Below, piece after piece: positions 27,568 to 35,582 of a stretch of 37,526 bases of DNA. The notes beneath the pieces were generated by a model. The model worked only from the letters and a program-made list of their open reading frames with translations. It did not search any database and was not told where the DNA came from. Every line of letters starts with the position of its first letter. Positions within the stretch are counted from its first letter, which is position 1. The translations under genes were made by a program, and so were the position numbers. This DNA is from Candidatus Aerophobota bacterium (GTDB lineage: Bacteria; Aerophobota; Aerophobia; Aerophobales; AE-B3A). The DNA lies in assembly GCA_030602545.1 (NCBI GenBank), contig JAUVZN010000002.1:1-37526 (forward strand), in the 5' to 3' direction.

Positions 27568-27609
27568 GGAGAGTCGAGCCGTTGCGCTTTGAGGCTCTGC
27601 TCCTTTTTT
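27568..27609 (+). terminator. candidate intrinsic terminator
   Basis: GGAG..GAGCC (27568-27580) pairs with GGCTC..CTCC (27593-27603) as 5+4 bp with an internal loop. TTTTTT follows at 27604-27609. Confidence 0.4.
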
Positions 27610-27689
27610 AATTTAGAGGAAACTCGCCACCCGTAAGGGCGGGGGTATCTATTCTCTTTGCCCTGTTTTCTCTCTCCCCTATCGACTTT

Positions 27690-27719
27690 TTGACAAACTC
27701 GTATATTGTGTGGTATTAT
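27690..27719 (+). promoter_or_regulatory. candidate sigma-70 promoter P1 in an ORF-free region
   Basis: TTGACA (27690-95), an 18-nt spacer, then TATTAT (27714-19). Confidence 0.45.
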
Positions 27720-27951
27720 TTAGACAATATTTCACACAGAACCAATCTTTGAGAACTTGTTGCCGCCCGGAGCTGTAGCTCTGATGGCCTGGCGAACAAT
27801 GATGTTGGCTTGCGCGGCGCTGAATAGCTTACGGCCTATCGCTCGCCTCAACTGTAGCAGCGATACCCCAGAATCTACTTTCCCTGGTTGAGTGAGACAA
27901 CACCCTCTAGCCTGCCACAGTGTCTATCTATCGTCTTCTATCACACCATGG

Positions 27952-27980
27952 TTGACAAAATAGTCTTTATTTACTATAGT
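27952..27980 (+). promoter_or_regulatory. candidate sigma-70 promoter P2 upstream of the beta-propeller gene
   Basis: TTGACA (27952-57), a 17-nt spacer, then TATAGT (27975-80), about 230 nt upstream of ATG 28213. Confidence 0.5.
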
Positions 27981-28212
27981 AAACATCCCTTATGATATAC
28001 GTGGATATGGCTAATAGAGAACTGGACCTTTGATAACTCACCAAAAGCTAAGAAGGATGTAAGCTAAGAAGGCGAGCCAGTCAAAAGAATAGGGCGTACG
28101 ATGAGAGGCCCCTTGCCTGGCATAGCAGGAAAGGACTGAAAGGAGGATGCCTATTGCACAAGATCTAAGATCGGTTTTTGCCTGATTTTAAGCTGCAAAA
28201 AGGAGGGAACAG

Positions 28213-29181
28213 ATGTTTAGGAGAACTCTCGTCAATTTGATTCTGGTGCCGGCAATGCTCCTGACCCTGGGGGTGAGCCTGATCAGCGCCGCCCCGGTGG
28301 GGGAGGAGGTCCGAGGCAGCGGCCCTGGCTTTGGATCACCTTTTGGCATCGCTGTGGAGTCCGATGGCAGTCTGGTGGTGCTAGATTATGGTCTCGAGGC
28401 ACTGGTGCGTGTTGACCCGATCAGCGGGGAGCGCACTATCCTTTCCGATGCCAGCACCGGCCCTGGCCCTGCGTTTAAAGCACCTCGGGGCATTGCCGTA
28501 GAATCCGATGGCAGTCTGGTGGTGGTAGATTATGGTCTCGGTGCACTGGTGCGTGTTGACCCGATCAGCGGGGAGCGCACTATCCTTTCCGATGACAGCA
28601 CCGGCCCTGGCCCTGGCTTTGGATCACCTCGGGACATCGCCGTGGAGTCCGATGGCACTCTGGTGGTGACAGATCCTGGTCTCGGTGCACTGGTGCGTGT
28701 TGACCCGGTGAGTGGGGAGCGCACTATCCTTTCCGATGACAGCACCGGCCCTGGCCCTGGCTTTAAAACACCTTTCGGCATCGCTGTAGAATCCGATGGC
28801 AGTCTGGTGGTGGTAGATCGTGGTCTCGAGGCACTGGTGCGTGTTGACCCGGTCAGTGGTGAGCGCACTATCCTTTCCGGTGGCCCTGGCCCTGGCTTTG
28901 GAGAACCTCGGGGCATCGCCGTAGAATCCGATGGCAGTCTGGTGGTGACAGATGCTGGTCTCGAGGCACTGGTGCGTGTTGACCCGGCCAGCGGTGAGCG
29001 CACTATCCTTTCCGGTGGCCCTGGCCCTGGCTTTGGAGAACCTCGGGGCATCGCTGTAGAGTCCGATGGCAGTCTGGTGGTGGTAGATGATGGTCTCGAG
29101 GCACTGGTGCGTGTTGACCCGGTCAGTGGGGAGCGCACTATCGTTTCCGATGCCAGCACCGGGCGGTGGACTGGACTTTGA
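28213..29181 (+). CDS. secreted NHL-like beta-propeller repeat protein; the last blade is displaced by a 1-nt frameshift, so the coding sequence probably extends to 29266
   Basis: GGAGGG lies upstream and a signal peptide is present (LILVPAMLLTLGVSLISA). Seven copies of GPGxGFxxPxGIAVESDGSLVVxDxGLxALVRVDPxSGERTILS follow. An eighth copy (GGGLDFEAAFGIAVESDEQFEVIDPGLEAISGSS*) reads in the +1 frame from 29162 to TGA 29264-66. Confidence 0.8.
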   Translation: MFRRTLVNLILVPAMLLTLGVSLISAAPVGEEVRGSGPGFGSPFGIAVESDGSLVVLDYGLEALVRVDPISGERTILSDASTGPGPAFKAPRGIAVESDGSLVVVDYGLGALVRVDPISGERTILSDDSTGPGPGFGSPRDIAVESDGTLVVTDPGLGALVRVDPVSGERTILSDDSTGPGPGFKTPFGIAVESDGSLVVVDRGLEALVRVDPVSGERTILSGGPGPGFGEPRGIAVESDGSLVVTDAGLEALVRVDPASGERTILSGGPGPGFGEPRGIAVESDGSLVVVDDGLEALVRVDPVSGERTIVSDASTGRWTGL

Positions 29182-29266
29182 AGCAGCTTTTGGCATCGCC
29201 GTAGAGTCCGATGAGCAGTTCGAGGTAATAGATCCCGGTCTTGAGGCGATCTCAGGAAGTAGTTGA
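28318..29266 (+). repeat. near-identical coding tandem repeats with periods of 144, 144, 144, 135 and 135 bp
   Basis: The marker ACTGGTGCGTGTTGACCCG recurs at 28401, 28545, 28689, 28833, 28968 and 29103. Long stretches between copies are identical at the nucleotide level. Confidence 0.9.
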
Positions 29267-29406
29267 GGAGAGGGAATGAATTTTAAAGGTCTCAGGCCCG
29301 CTGTATTCGCCAAGTAATACGGTGGTCTCATTTAGACAGCCTGACAAAGTCATGCCTCCCTATCAATACAAAGGAGAGCCACTGAGCACAAGAGAAAGCA
29401 GATAGA

Positions 29407-30044
29407 CTAGCTAATACCTCTTAGAATATCAAGGAACCGGTTCTGTTTGATCCGGGTCAGGGGCTCATCGAAACATGGGAGGGGCTTGTCTAAACCCAGG
29501 AGGGAGAGATTCCTCTTGTTTTCAGGATCACCGGGTCTGGCGGCGTCTACGCCAGTCTGTGGGAGCAGCCCCGTGCTGAGCTTTCGTACCTGAGCTACCA
29601 GGCTGATTTCCCCCAGTTGAAAAACTTTGGCAGCGGGCCTGACCACCGCTCCTTTCATGTTTGACCGTACCCCGGTGGATGTCGTTGTTCTGGAAGGCCT
29701 CGGGGTACGGCACTGAAGATCCGGTTCTTTTTCAGACAAGGGGTATGCTCCCTTGCTTCTCTCAAATCACGATGTCCTGAAGGCACCAATCTTGACAAAC
29801 GGGGCATGGTTATCCTCATCGCCAGCCTAAGCCACTCTCTCCTAAAGAATTCACCCAAGCCTATTGGCCGGTAAGTCCTTAGTTTGCTTTCCTGGATCAT
29901 AAGTCTTTTTCCGGTTAATCGCACCAAAAAGTGCAATCTCGGCCAGGGCCCTGCAAAGAGATTGGCAGGTGCTGATGCTGCACTTTTTATGAGAGAGATA
30001 GGCCTTGAAGCTGGATTGGAGACATTCATAATCGCTCTGTTCAT
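29407..30044 (-). pseudogene. unidentified gene apparently split by a frameshift (ORFs 29655..30044 and 29407..29739)
   Basis: Two minus-strand ORFs in different frames overlap by 85 nt. No motif recognised, so coding status is uncertain. Confidence 0.2.
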
Positions 30045-30117
30045 AATTGCTGGTGTTAAGGTCGCTTCAATAATCTCGAACTGGCTACAATGGGTGAAAT
30101 TATGAATGGAATAATAA

Positions 30118-30362
30118 TTGTATCCAATCGGAATAATCCATTGGCGTTATGAAGAAACTGAAGACACTCCTGTCCAGGGAACTCATGTGAGCAACTTTAA
30201 AGGTGGAGGAGGTAAAACTACCAGAGCAGTTAACCTCTCTCGCGTTTTAGCCCCTAGACTCAAGGCATTTCCGTGGTAGATTGCGAGTCTTGGGGGCAGT
30301 GTAACAAGCTCCGCTCCGTAAATTTCAGATACAGTAGATCTATGAAAATCATTTTCTGGTAA
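30118..30362 (+). pseudogene. ParA/Soj-type partition ATPase remnant (N-terminal ~60 aa only, frameshifted)
   Basis: Frame 1 reads THVSNFKGGGGKTTRAVNLSRVLAPRLKAFPW*, which carries the deviant Walker A K-G-G-x-G-K-T-T. Frame 2 continues VVDCESWGQ... (compare VLxIDxDPQG) and stops at 30360-62. The rest of ParA is missing. Confidence 0.5.
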
Positions 30363-30376
30363 GTTTAAACTGCTAT

Positions 30377-31315
30377 TTAAGATGGAAACCGAAACTCGTG
30401 GCTGCCCGCCGACCGGCGTAGGTGCAACAGGGACTTGAGTAGATTCCCCTTGACATCGGGCACTTCATCGGGAGTTGCGGCCAATATTGGCAATTGATTT
30501 GTCCGATCAAGAAAAAGCTGACGTATCTCCCTAGGGATGTGATGTTTGGAGACGACAAAAACATAGTAGAAGCCACCAATGAACATCGTGTAGGAAATGT
30601 GTCCGTCGCGCGTTCTAACTCGTCGAGGACTTAGCCAAAACCTTCTGAGCTGTTCGTTGCTCGCCAGGTCGTTGGGATCGAATATGATTACGGTCATGAA
30701 ACAGCCGTAGTCATCCTCCGCCCCGGAGTCCTCGTCCAGTATCATTCTTCTCATTGTTTCTTGGTGACGACGGCCAAGTCTGACTTCGCTGAACTGCTTC
30801 AGCTTGGAGACACTCATGCGCCATAGCAGGGACATCTGAAAGAGCTTGAATTTGTCATACTCAACGTTCTCATATAGGACAACTCTAGTCCGGACCGACT
30901 TCACTTGCTCTGACTTTCCTGGGCTATATATGACCCAGCGGGCGTATCCTTCCCATTTGGATATGCGGTTCTCACAATCACCGCACAGAAGCTTCTCTTT
31001 CAATCCCTTCTGTCTTAGCTCGAGCTCCCCCATTCCCTCATCCGTCCTTTTCACTATTGTAAATCGCTGTTTGCCGTCGTAGAGGCCGCTGCATTCATAT
31101 ATGAACTCAGGAATTATGTGGGAGTCCTTCAGTTCCCGTTCCTTCAAGCAGAGTTTGCATTTCATGGCTGAACCCTTCCACACAGTTAGGAGTGACGCAA
31201 CGATGATCACAGTCCGCCAGATTATCCCACAGAAGAAAGGCAAGCGAAAGAGTAAGGTGGTCTGGTAGCCACTAGAACCAAGTCTGCTACGGAGGCTCCT
31301 CGTGGCCCGCTCCAT
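30377..31315 (-). CDS. double-CxxC (zinc-ribbon / possibly HNH-like) protein of unknown function
   Basis: The listed ORF is 312 aa. An internal ATG at 31165 (MKCKLCLKE..., 262 aa) is preceded by GGAAGGG. The longer form would add a basic N-terminus and one TM segment (FFCGIIWRTVIIVASLLTVW). Motifs are C53-x2-C56, DSHIIPEF and C111-G-D-C114-E-N-R. Confidence 0.65.
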   Translation of the reverse strand: MERATRSLRSRLGSSGYQTTLLFRLPFFCGIIWRTVIIVASLLTVWKGSAMKCKLCLKERELKDSHIIPEFIYECSGLYDGKQRFTIVKRTDEGMGELELRQKGLKEKLLCGDCENRISKWEGYARWVIYSPGKSEQVKSVRTRVVLYENVEYDKFKLFQMSLLWRMSVSKLKQFSEVRLGRRHQETMRRMILDEDSGAEDDYGCFMTVIIFDPNDLASNEQLRRFWLSPRRVRTRDGHISYTMFIGGFYYVFVVSKHHIPREIRQLFLDRTNQLPILAATPDEVPDVKGNLLKSLLHLRRSAGSHEFRFPS

Positions 31316-31488
31316 AACCGTGAACGCATCTGCAGTAGCGAGATGAAATCGTCTCTAGTCACCCGGTGTGAATATAGGTCTACGCGGCGCCTCGGCCAGG
31401 AATTCGTCGAAGCTTAAACATGCATTTAATTGACCCACGAATCAACTAAATTCCCATTTAAGTGAAACTCACCTCAAAAGTATAGAGT

Positions 31489-31519
31489 CGTGCACCGATT
31501 TTTTCTTCTCGGTCGCACG
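31489..31519 (-). terminator. hairpin 17 nt downstream of the SIR2 gene stop; weak terminator candidate
   Basis: On the minus strand, CGTGCgACCGA pairs with TCGGTGCACG (10 bp, one bulge, 10-nt A-rich loop). Only a short U run follows after 9 nt. Confidence 0.3.
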
Positions 31520-31535
31520 AATTAGAACTCACCAA

Positions 31536-34500
31536 CTATGCCGATTGCTGTGCAAGCCGCCCCAGCTCGTCCGCGCTCGGGCAACCCAGTCGGGCCAGGT
31601 GATTGCAGAGGAGCCGCAGCTGAGGACGCGGGACGGTGGAATCAACAAGACTCCGGACCAACTGCTCCACTTCTCTGCAATGTAGAAAGGGTTCGTGAGC
31701 ATTTGAAAGGAGATGTTGAAGCAGGCGAGTTAATGGCTCCGGATACTTGCGAGCGAACTTCTTTTCCACGAGTTCATAGTAAAGCTGGGTGTGCTTGAGA
31801 TCGGGAGCGGAGGTGGCGCAGATTTTCTCCACCACTACCGGAAAAATCGGCTCGAGTGGGAGGATCCATAGCAGCATTTCCGCCTTTTCAGCTTCACTGA
31901 GTAGCAAGGGAACCCCTGTGTTTCGCTGCGACCAATAATCATCCATCCAACGGCGCCACAAGTCTTGTATAGATTGCTTATTCACACCAAGAAGTTGGGA
32001 ACCTATGCTAGAGGCCCAGCTTTTGTGACTGCCTGGGTCGGCTTCCAACAGAAATTGCTGCAACCAGCCGTCGCTCATGGGGTTGCTTGAGCTATACAGT
32101 GCAATACTCGCAAGGTGCTCACAGAAACGCTCACGCTTACTCAAGAGCTCGCTCGATAATTTGGGAAAAGCCTGCTCGTAGAGGGGTAACAGGTTGGGGA
32201 GGAGTGCTTCGTGCCATCGTCCCCAGTCAAGATATCCGTGCCAGGCCTGTTGAGCCTGTCTTTCATCCCCGGACCAATCAAGCAAAGGTAGGATTTTCTC
32301 TCGGCACCACTCAGCATCTAGAGCAAACAAGAAGCGGAGTTGACTCGCCAGCAGTACTCGTCCCAGTTCAGCTGTAGAGGACGTGCCGGAAATTGCTTTC
32401 TCAAAGTACTGTTTGTATTTCATGGGAAGACCCCTCCACCTTTGCCCAGTCTGAGCGTGTCTCTTTGAAAGTGCGCGTAGCCAGAACTCCACAGTCTTAC
32501 CTCCCGGATGATTGATAGCTCTTAATAGCCAGTCCTGCGTCTCAAGATCTTCCTCGTTCAAAAGGTTTTTGGCACACGCGTCAAAGAGTTTACCAGCAAG
32601 GTTTTCGGCCAATGACAAACAGGACAACGGAATCACGCCGTGTTCCCTGCTGATTCCCTGTTCTAGAAGTTCTGCTACAGAATGTGGAAACCTCAGGAGC
32701 TCTCCGCGATGCGTAACCAGATTGAGGACTCTCCTCCATTGATTCTTTGTCAATGGAGTCTTCTGCCAACCACTCAAGACACTTCCCCAGATATCCGACC
32801 TCCACTCCCTTCTTTTCGCGAGAGCCACCACAAGCTGCCAGCTCCACCTGAAAGACTGGCCTGCTGCGTTCGTGATTGCAATTAAAAGGCCTTCTCGGTC
32901 TGGCCCGGCAAACTCATCTCCTTGATATGTGAGGAGCCAACCAACCTCCTCATCCGGATTCTTATTCAGTAGCTCTTCAACGGTCACTGGACTTCGCGTC
33001 CCCTCCCACTCGACAGTCCAGGTACGAAAATCGAGACGGTCCGGTGGCCTGAAATCGGGATGGGCTTCCTCCATTGCTTTGAGCCGGTCTGCAGCCAAGG
33101 AGCAACTAGGTGCTGCGCGACACAGCCAAACGAAGAGGTTGTATGCCCGCTTTTCACGTCTCCTCCTGCCAAGGGCCTTCGCATCCGGTCCCACCGGACC
33201 ACGGTCAATGCGTTTCAGAAGACGCGTTCGGGCTGGTCTGCTAGCATTTGCATAAACCTGAGCCAGGAGGCGAAAGACCTCGTGTTTCAGATGAGAGACA
33301 TATAAATAGTCGTTGTCCAGGAGCCAGCCGATCTTTTCATCTGAATCCATTTGCGGACTTTCGGTAACGCCATGAATAGCAAGTCTTTTCAGCAGTGGAA
33401 CGCCAGAGGTACTCCATGCCTCAATTGCTGCACGAGCCCGGCCAGGCTCCTGCTGAAGCATCCATTCAATGAGGTCGCGAGCCGCATCAATAACCAGGTC
33501 TAGTTTGTCGCCGTAGCGGTCTTGTTCGTGGAGCTCTATCGCCGAACGAAGGAAGCTTACCGGATCCGAGTGCTCGGTAGCCTGACCCATAGCGCGGAAG
33601 GAAAAGTGAGCTTTGATTAGATGGTTGGTCAGAAGAGGTTCTAGTTCCTGATAGAAATGGGCAAAATTAGGTCGAAAAATGACTTCCCATGACCGCTTCA
33701 GCAAGTGCTCGTCCCCCTCAACAACAATGTCTGCGTCAACCTTTTGCGTCTGCGAGCCACTTTCATCAGGTAAGCTAAAGTGAGACCTCAGTTTCAAGTG
33801 TGGCCTACTGAGATATTCAAAGAGTAAGAGAGCCGTGATTTTGTCCTCTGGGTATTGACAATGCTCAAGAACATAACCCAGCAGACGTAGTGGCTGGTTC
33901 GACGGTTCACCCCTGAGCAAGACTGTGACCCACCTTGCACGAGTACATGGATCAGTACGCGGCTTACCAAAGGCCAGTATGTGAGCAATCGCTCTCTGAA
34001 GGGCCGGGTTAAGCTGTTGTCCTTGGCGCTCAACAAGGGCCAAAGCATCGTCAGGATATTTGCATGCGAAGTTTTGTGCAAACCAGGTCGCTAGCACTTC
34101 GACCTTTTCATCTACGGGCTCATTCGGTTGAAAGAGCTTTCGAAGTATACCTTTACTTTCTACCCAACGTAGCCATTCCGGAGTGTGTGAGTAGCGCGCA
34201 AAAAATCGGAGAGTTACCAAATCCGTTAGAGCACCCTCAATGTAATCAGCAGTCTCTTTGTCGAGCGGCGGAGTCGATCTGACAATGTCCCTAATCTGCT
34301 GCTCGTGATCCAGCGCTCCCATTTTGCTAAGCCTGACCCAAGCAGCGAGGGCTTTAGTTAGTGCCCTATGTCTGTTAGGTTCATCGCTCGGGCGGTAAGG
34401 GACGGGGACAATCCCAAGGAACTTCCAGCGTTCATCTTGTCCTGACGGTGTGAATGCATAGCGGGAAGTCTTTGGCACCAGACCACGTGCCAGATACCCC

Positions 34501-35111
34501 ATGACTGGGTCGTCGTGACTGTACCCTACGAAAACGACCGTATATTTGGCGAACATGTCATACAAGAAGCGAGTCGCCCAGCCCTCGGTAAGATAGGCCC
34601 GACCGAAGTCGGCATCTGTCAGAACGAGACTTTGCGCCCCCTTGTCTACGAAACCGTGCAAATACACAAGCCCATTGAATTCCCGACCAAGGGGGAGTGC
34701 CGGTCCGCAGTAGACCTCCAGGTCCTCCTTGAAGAGCTTCTGAGCCACGATTGAGAAGTGTCTGTCGAAGTTCGTCGTAACAACACGAACTGTGGCGGGC
34801 GATTGGAAAAGCGACAATATGGAATAGTGCAGCCGGGTAGCCTTTGAGCCAGGGTCACTAATCATCTTCCAAGCTCTACGATGAACCAGGACACCCCTTT
34901 CCGCCTCTAACCTACCTAGGAACCGATCGAGCGGCTCGTCTTTTGCGGGTACTAAAGCTCCTGCCGCTACTTGCATCGCCAATTGCTCGAAATCCGGTAA
35001 GTTTGAAGGTGGGCCAATAGAAATGCCTGCACCTGCAAAGACCACCAGCTCTTGATTTCTTTGGGCATCTATGAGAGATTGTGGAAGGTCGACACTCTCT
35101 GTGATCCGCAC
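31536..35111 (-). CDS. large SIR2-domain protein: N-terminal SIR2_2-type NADase-like domain plus a ~930-aa helical C-terminal region (DSR-like defence candidate)
   Basis: 1191-aa ORF with a GTG start and GGGGG 9 nt upstream. The ordered SIR2_2 hallmarks are VVFAGAGIS (aa 23-31), VVTTNFD (Asn114), LVYLHG (His152), LVLTDADF and VVFVGYSHDD. No Walker A/B motif is present. The remainder is Trp/Leu-rich and predicted helical. Confidence 0.85.
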   Translation of the reverse strand: MRITESVDLPQSLIDAQRNQELVVFAGAGISIGPPSNLPDFEQLAMQVAAGALVPAKDEPLDRFLGRLEAERGVLVHRRAWKMISDPGSKATRLHYSILSLFQSPATVRVVTTNFDRHFSIVAQKLFKEDLEVYCGPALPLGREFNGLVYLHGFVDKGAQSLVLTDADFGRAYLTEGWATRFLYDMFAKYTVVFVGYSHDDPVMGYLARGLVPKTSRYAFTPSGQDERWKFLGIVPVPYRPSDEPNRHRALTKALAAWVRLSKMGALDHEQQIRDIVRSTPPLDKETADYIEGALTDLVTLRFFARYSHTPEWLRWVESKGILRKLFQPNEPVDEKVEVLATWFAQNFACKYPDDALALVERQGQQLNPALQRAIAHILAFGKPRTDPCTRARWVTVLLRGEPSNQPLRLLGYVLEHCQYPEDKITALLLFEYLSRPHLKLRSHFSLPDESGSQTQKVDADIVVEGDEHLLKRSWEVIFRPNFAHFYQELEPLLTNHLIKAHFSFRAMGQATEHSDPVSFLRSAIELHEQDRYGDKLDLVIDAARDLIEWMLQQEPGRARAAIEAWSTSGVPLLKRLAIHGVTESPQMDSDEKIGWLLDNDYLYVSHLKHEVFRLLAQVYANASRPARTRLLKRIDRGPVGPDAKALGRRRREKRAYNLFVWLCRAAPSCSLAADRLKAMEEAHPDFRPPDRLDFRTWTVEWEGTRSPVTVEELLNKNPDEEVGWLLTYQGDEFAGPDREGLLIAITNAAGQSFRWSWQLVVALAKRREWRSDIWGSVLSGWQKTPLTKNQWRRVLNLVTHRGELLRFPHSVAELLEQGISREHGVIPLSCLSLAENLAGKLFDACAKNLLNEEDLETQDWLLRAINHPGGKTVEFWLRALSKRHAQTGQRWRGLPMKYKQYFEKAISGTSSTAELGRVLLASQLRFLFALDAEWCREKILPLLDWSGDERQAQQAWHGYLDWGRWHEALLPNLLPLYEQAFPKLSSELLSKRERFCEHLASIALYSSSNPMSDGWLQQFLLEADPGSHKSWASSIGSQLLGVNKQSIQDLWRRWMDDYWSQRNTGVPLLLSEAEKAEMLLWILPLEPIFPVVVEKICATSAPDLKHTQLYYELVEKKFARKYPEPLTRLLQHLLSNAHEPFLHCREVEQLVRSLVDSTVPRPQLRLLCNHLARLGCPSADELGRLAQQSA

Positions 35112-35582
35112 TCGTGATCACCCCCCTTCGTCTAAATCCGAGCCTCATATAGCTCCATCAGGACGTGTCCCGCGATAGTACCTGAGATAACGTGCACAAA
35201 TGCCAGAACGCCCCTTGTTCGGAATGGGGTGTCTTAGAATTCGTTCTGCAAAGCCATCTTATGTGGTGCAGAATTGTGTCTTGTTTTTGCCCTGCTGAGG
35301 GAGGATTTTTGCAGCTTGAGTGGGAGTAAGAAGGATTGTCCTTTTGAGAGCAGAACGTATTCTCTTAGAGTGACCGGTTCGTTTCCAGTCAGACGTCTGC
35401 AGATCGGGCTGTGCAACCCAGACTTGACCTCGAGTACATGGTAGCATACTCCAGCCCTGTGTCAAACTTCGCTGCCTCGCAAAAGTTGCTGCAATTAAAT
35501 ATGTATAGTGCCACATGACCTCTTGCTATGATGTAAGAGAAACGTAGTATAGTGAGTAAGAAGCGACAGGAGGTCATAAACA

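Noticed and set aside
28318-29266. Regularly spaced repeats that could suggest a CRISPR array
   Set aside because: The period is 135-144 bp with no unique spacers. The whole unit repeats and lies in frame in a protein with a signal peptide.
28530-29331. Long minus-strand ORFs (209 aa and 235 aa) across the repeat region
   Set aside because: They are antisense shadows of the beta-propeller repeats. They have periodic low-complexity Ser/Thr/Arg/Pro composition, no start context and no independent motifs.
30102-30152. Short ORF MNGIIIVSNRNNPLAL resembling a ParA N-terminus
   Set aside because: It is too short and is followed by a stop. The real Walker A stub is in another frame at 30187 onward, so the similarity is probably coincidental.
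32470-32500. Possible Walker A (HPGGKT) suggesting a STAND/Avs-type NTPase in the SIR2 protein
   Set aside because: It does not fit GxxxxGK[ST] because Ile is at the first Gly position. It lies far toward the C-terminus and no Walker B follows.
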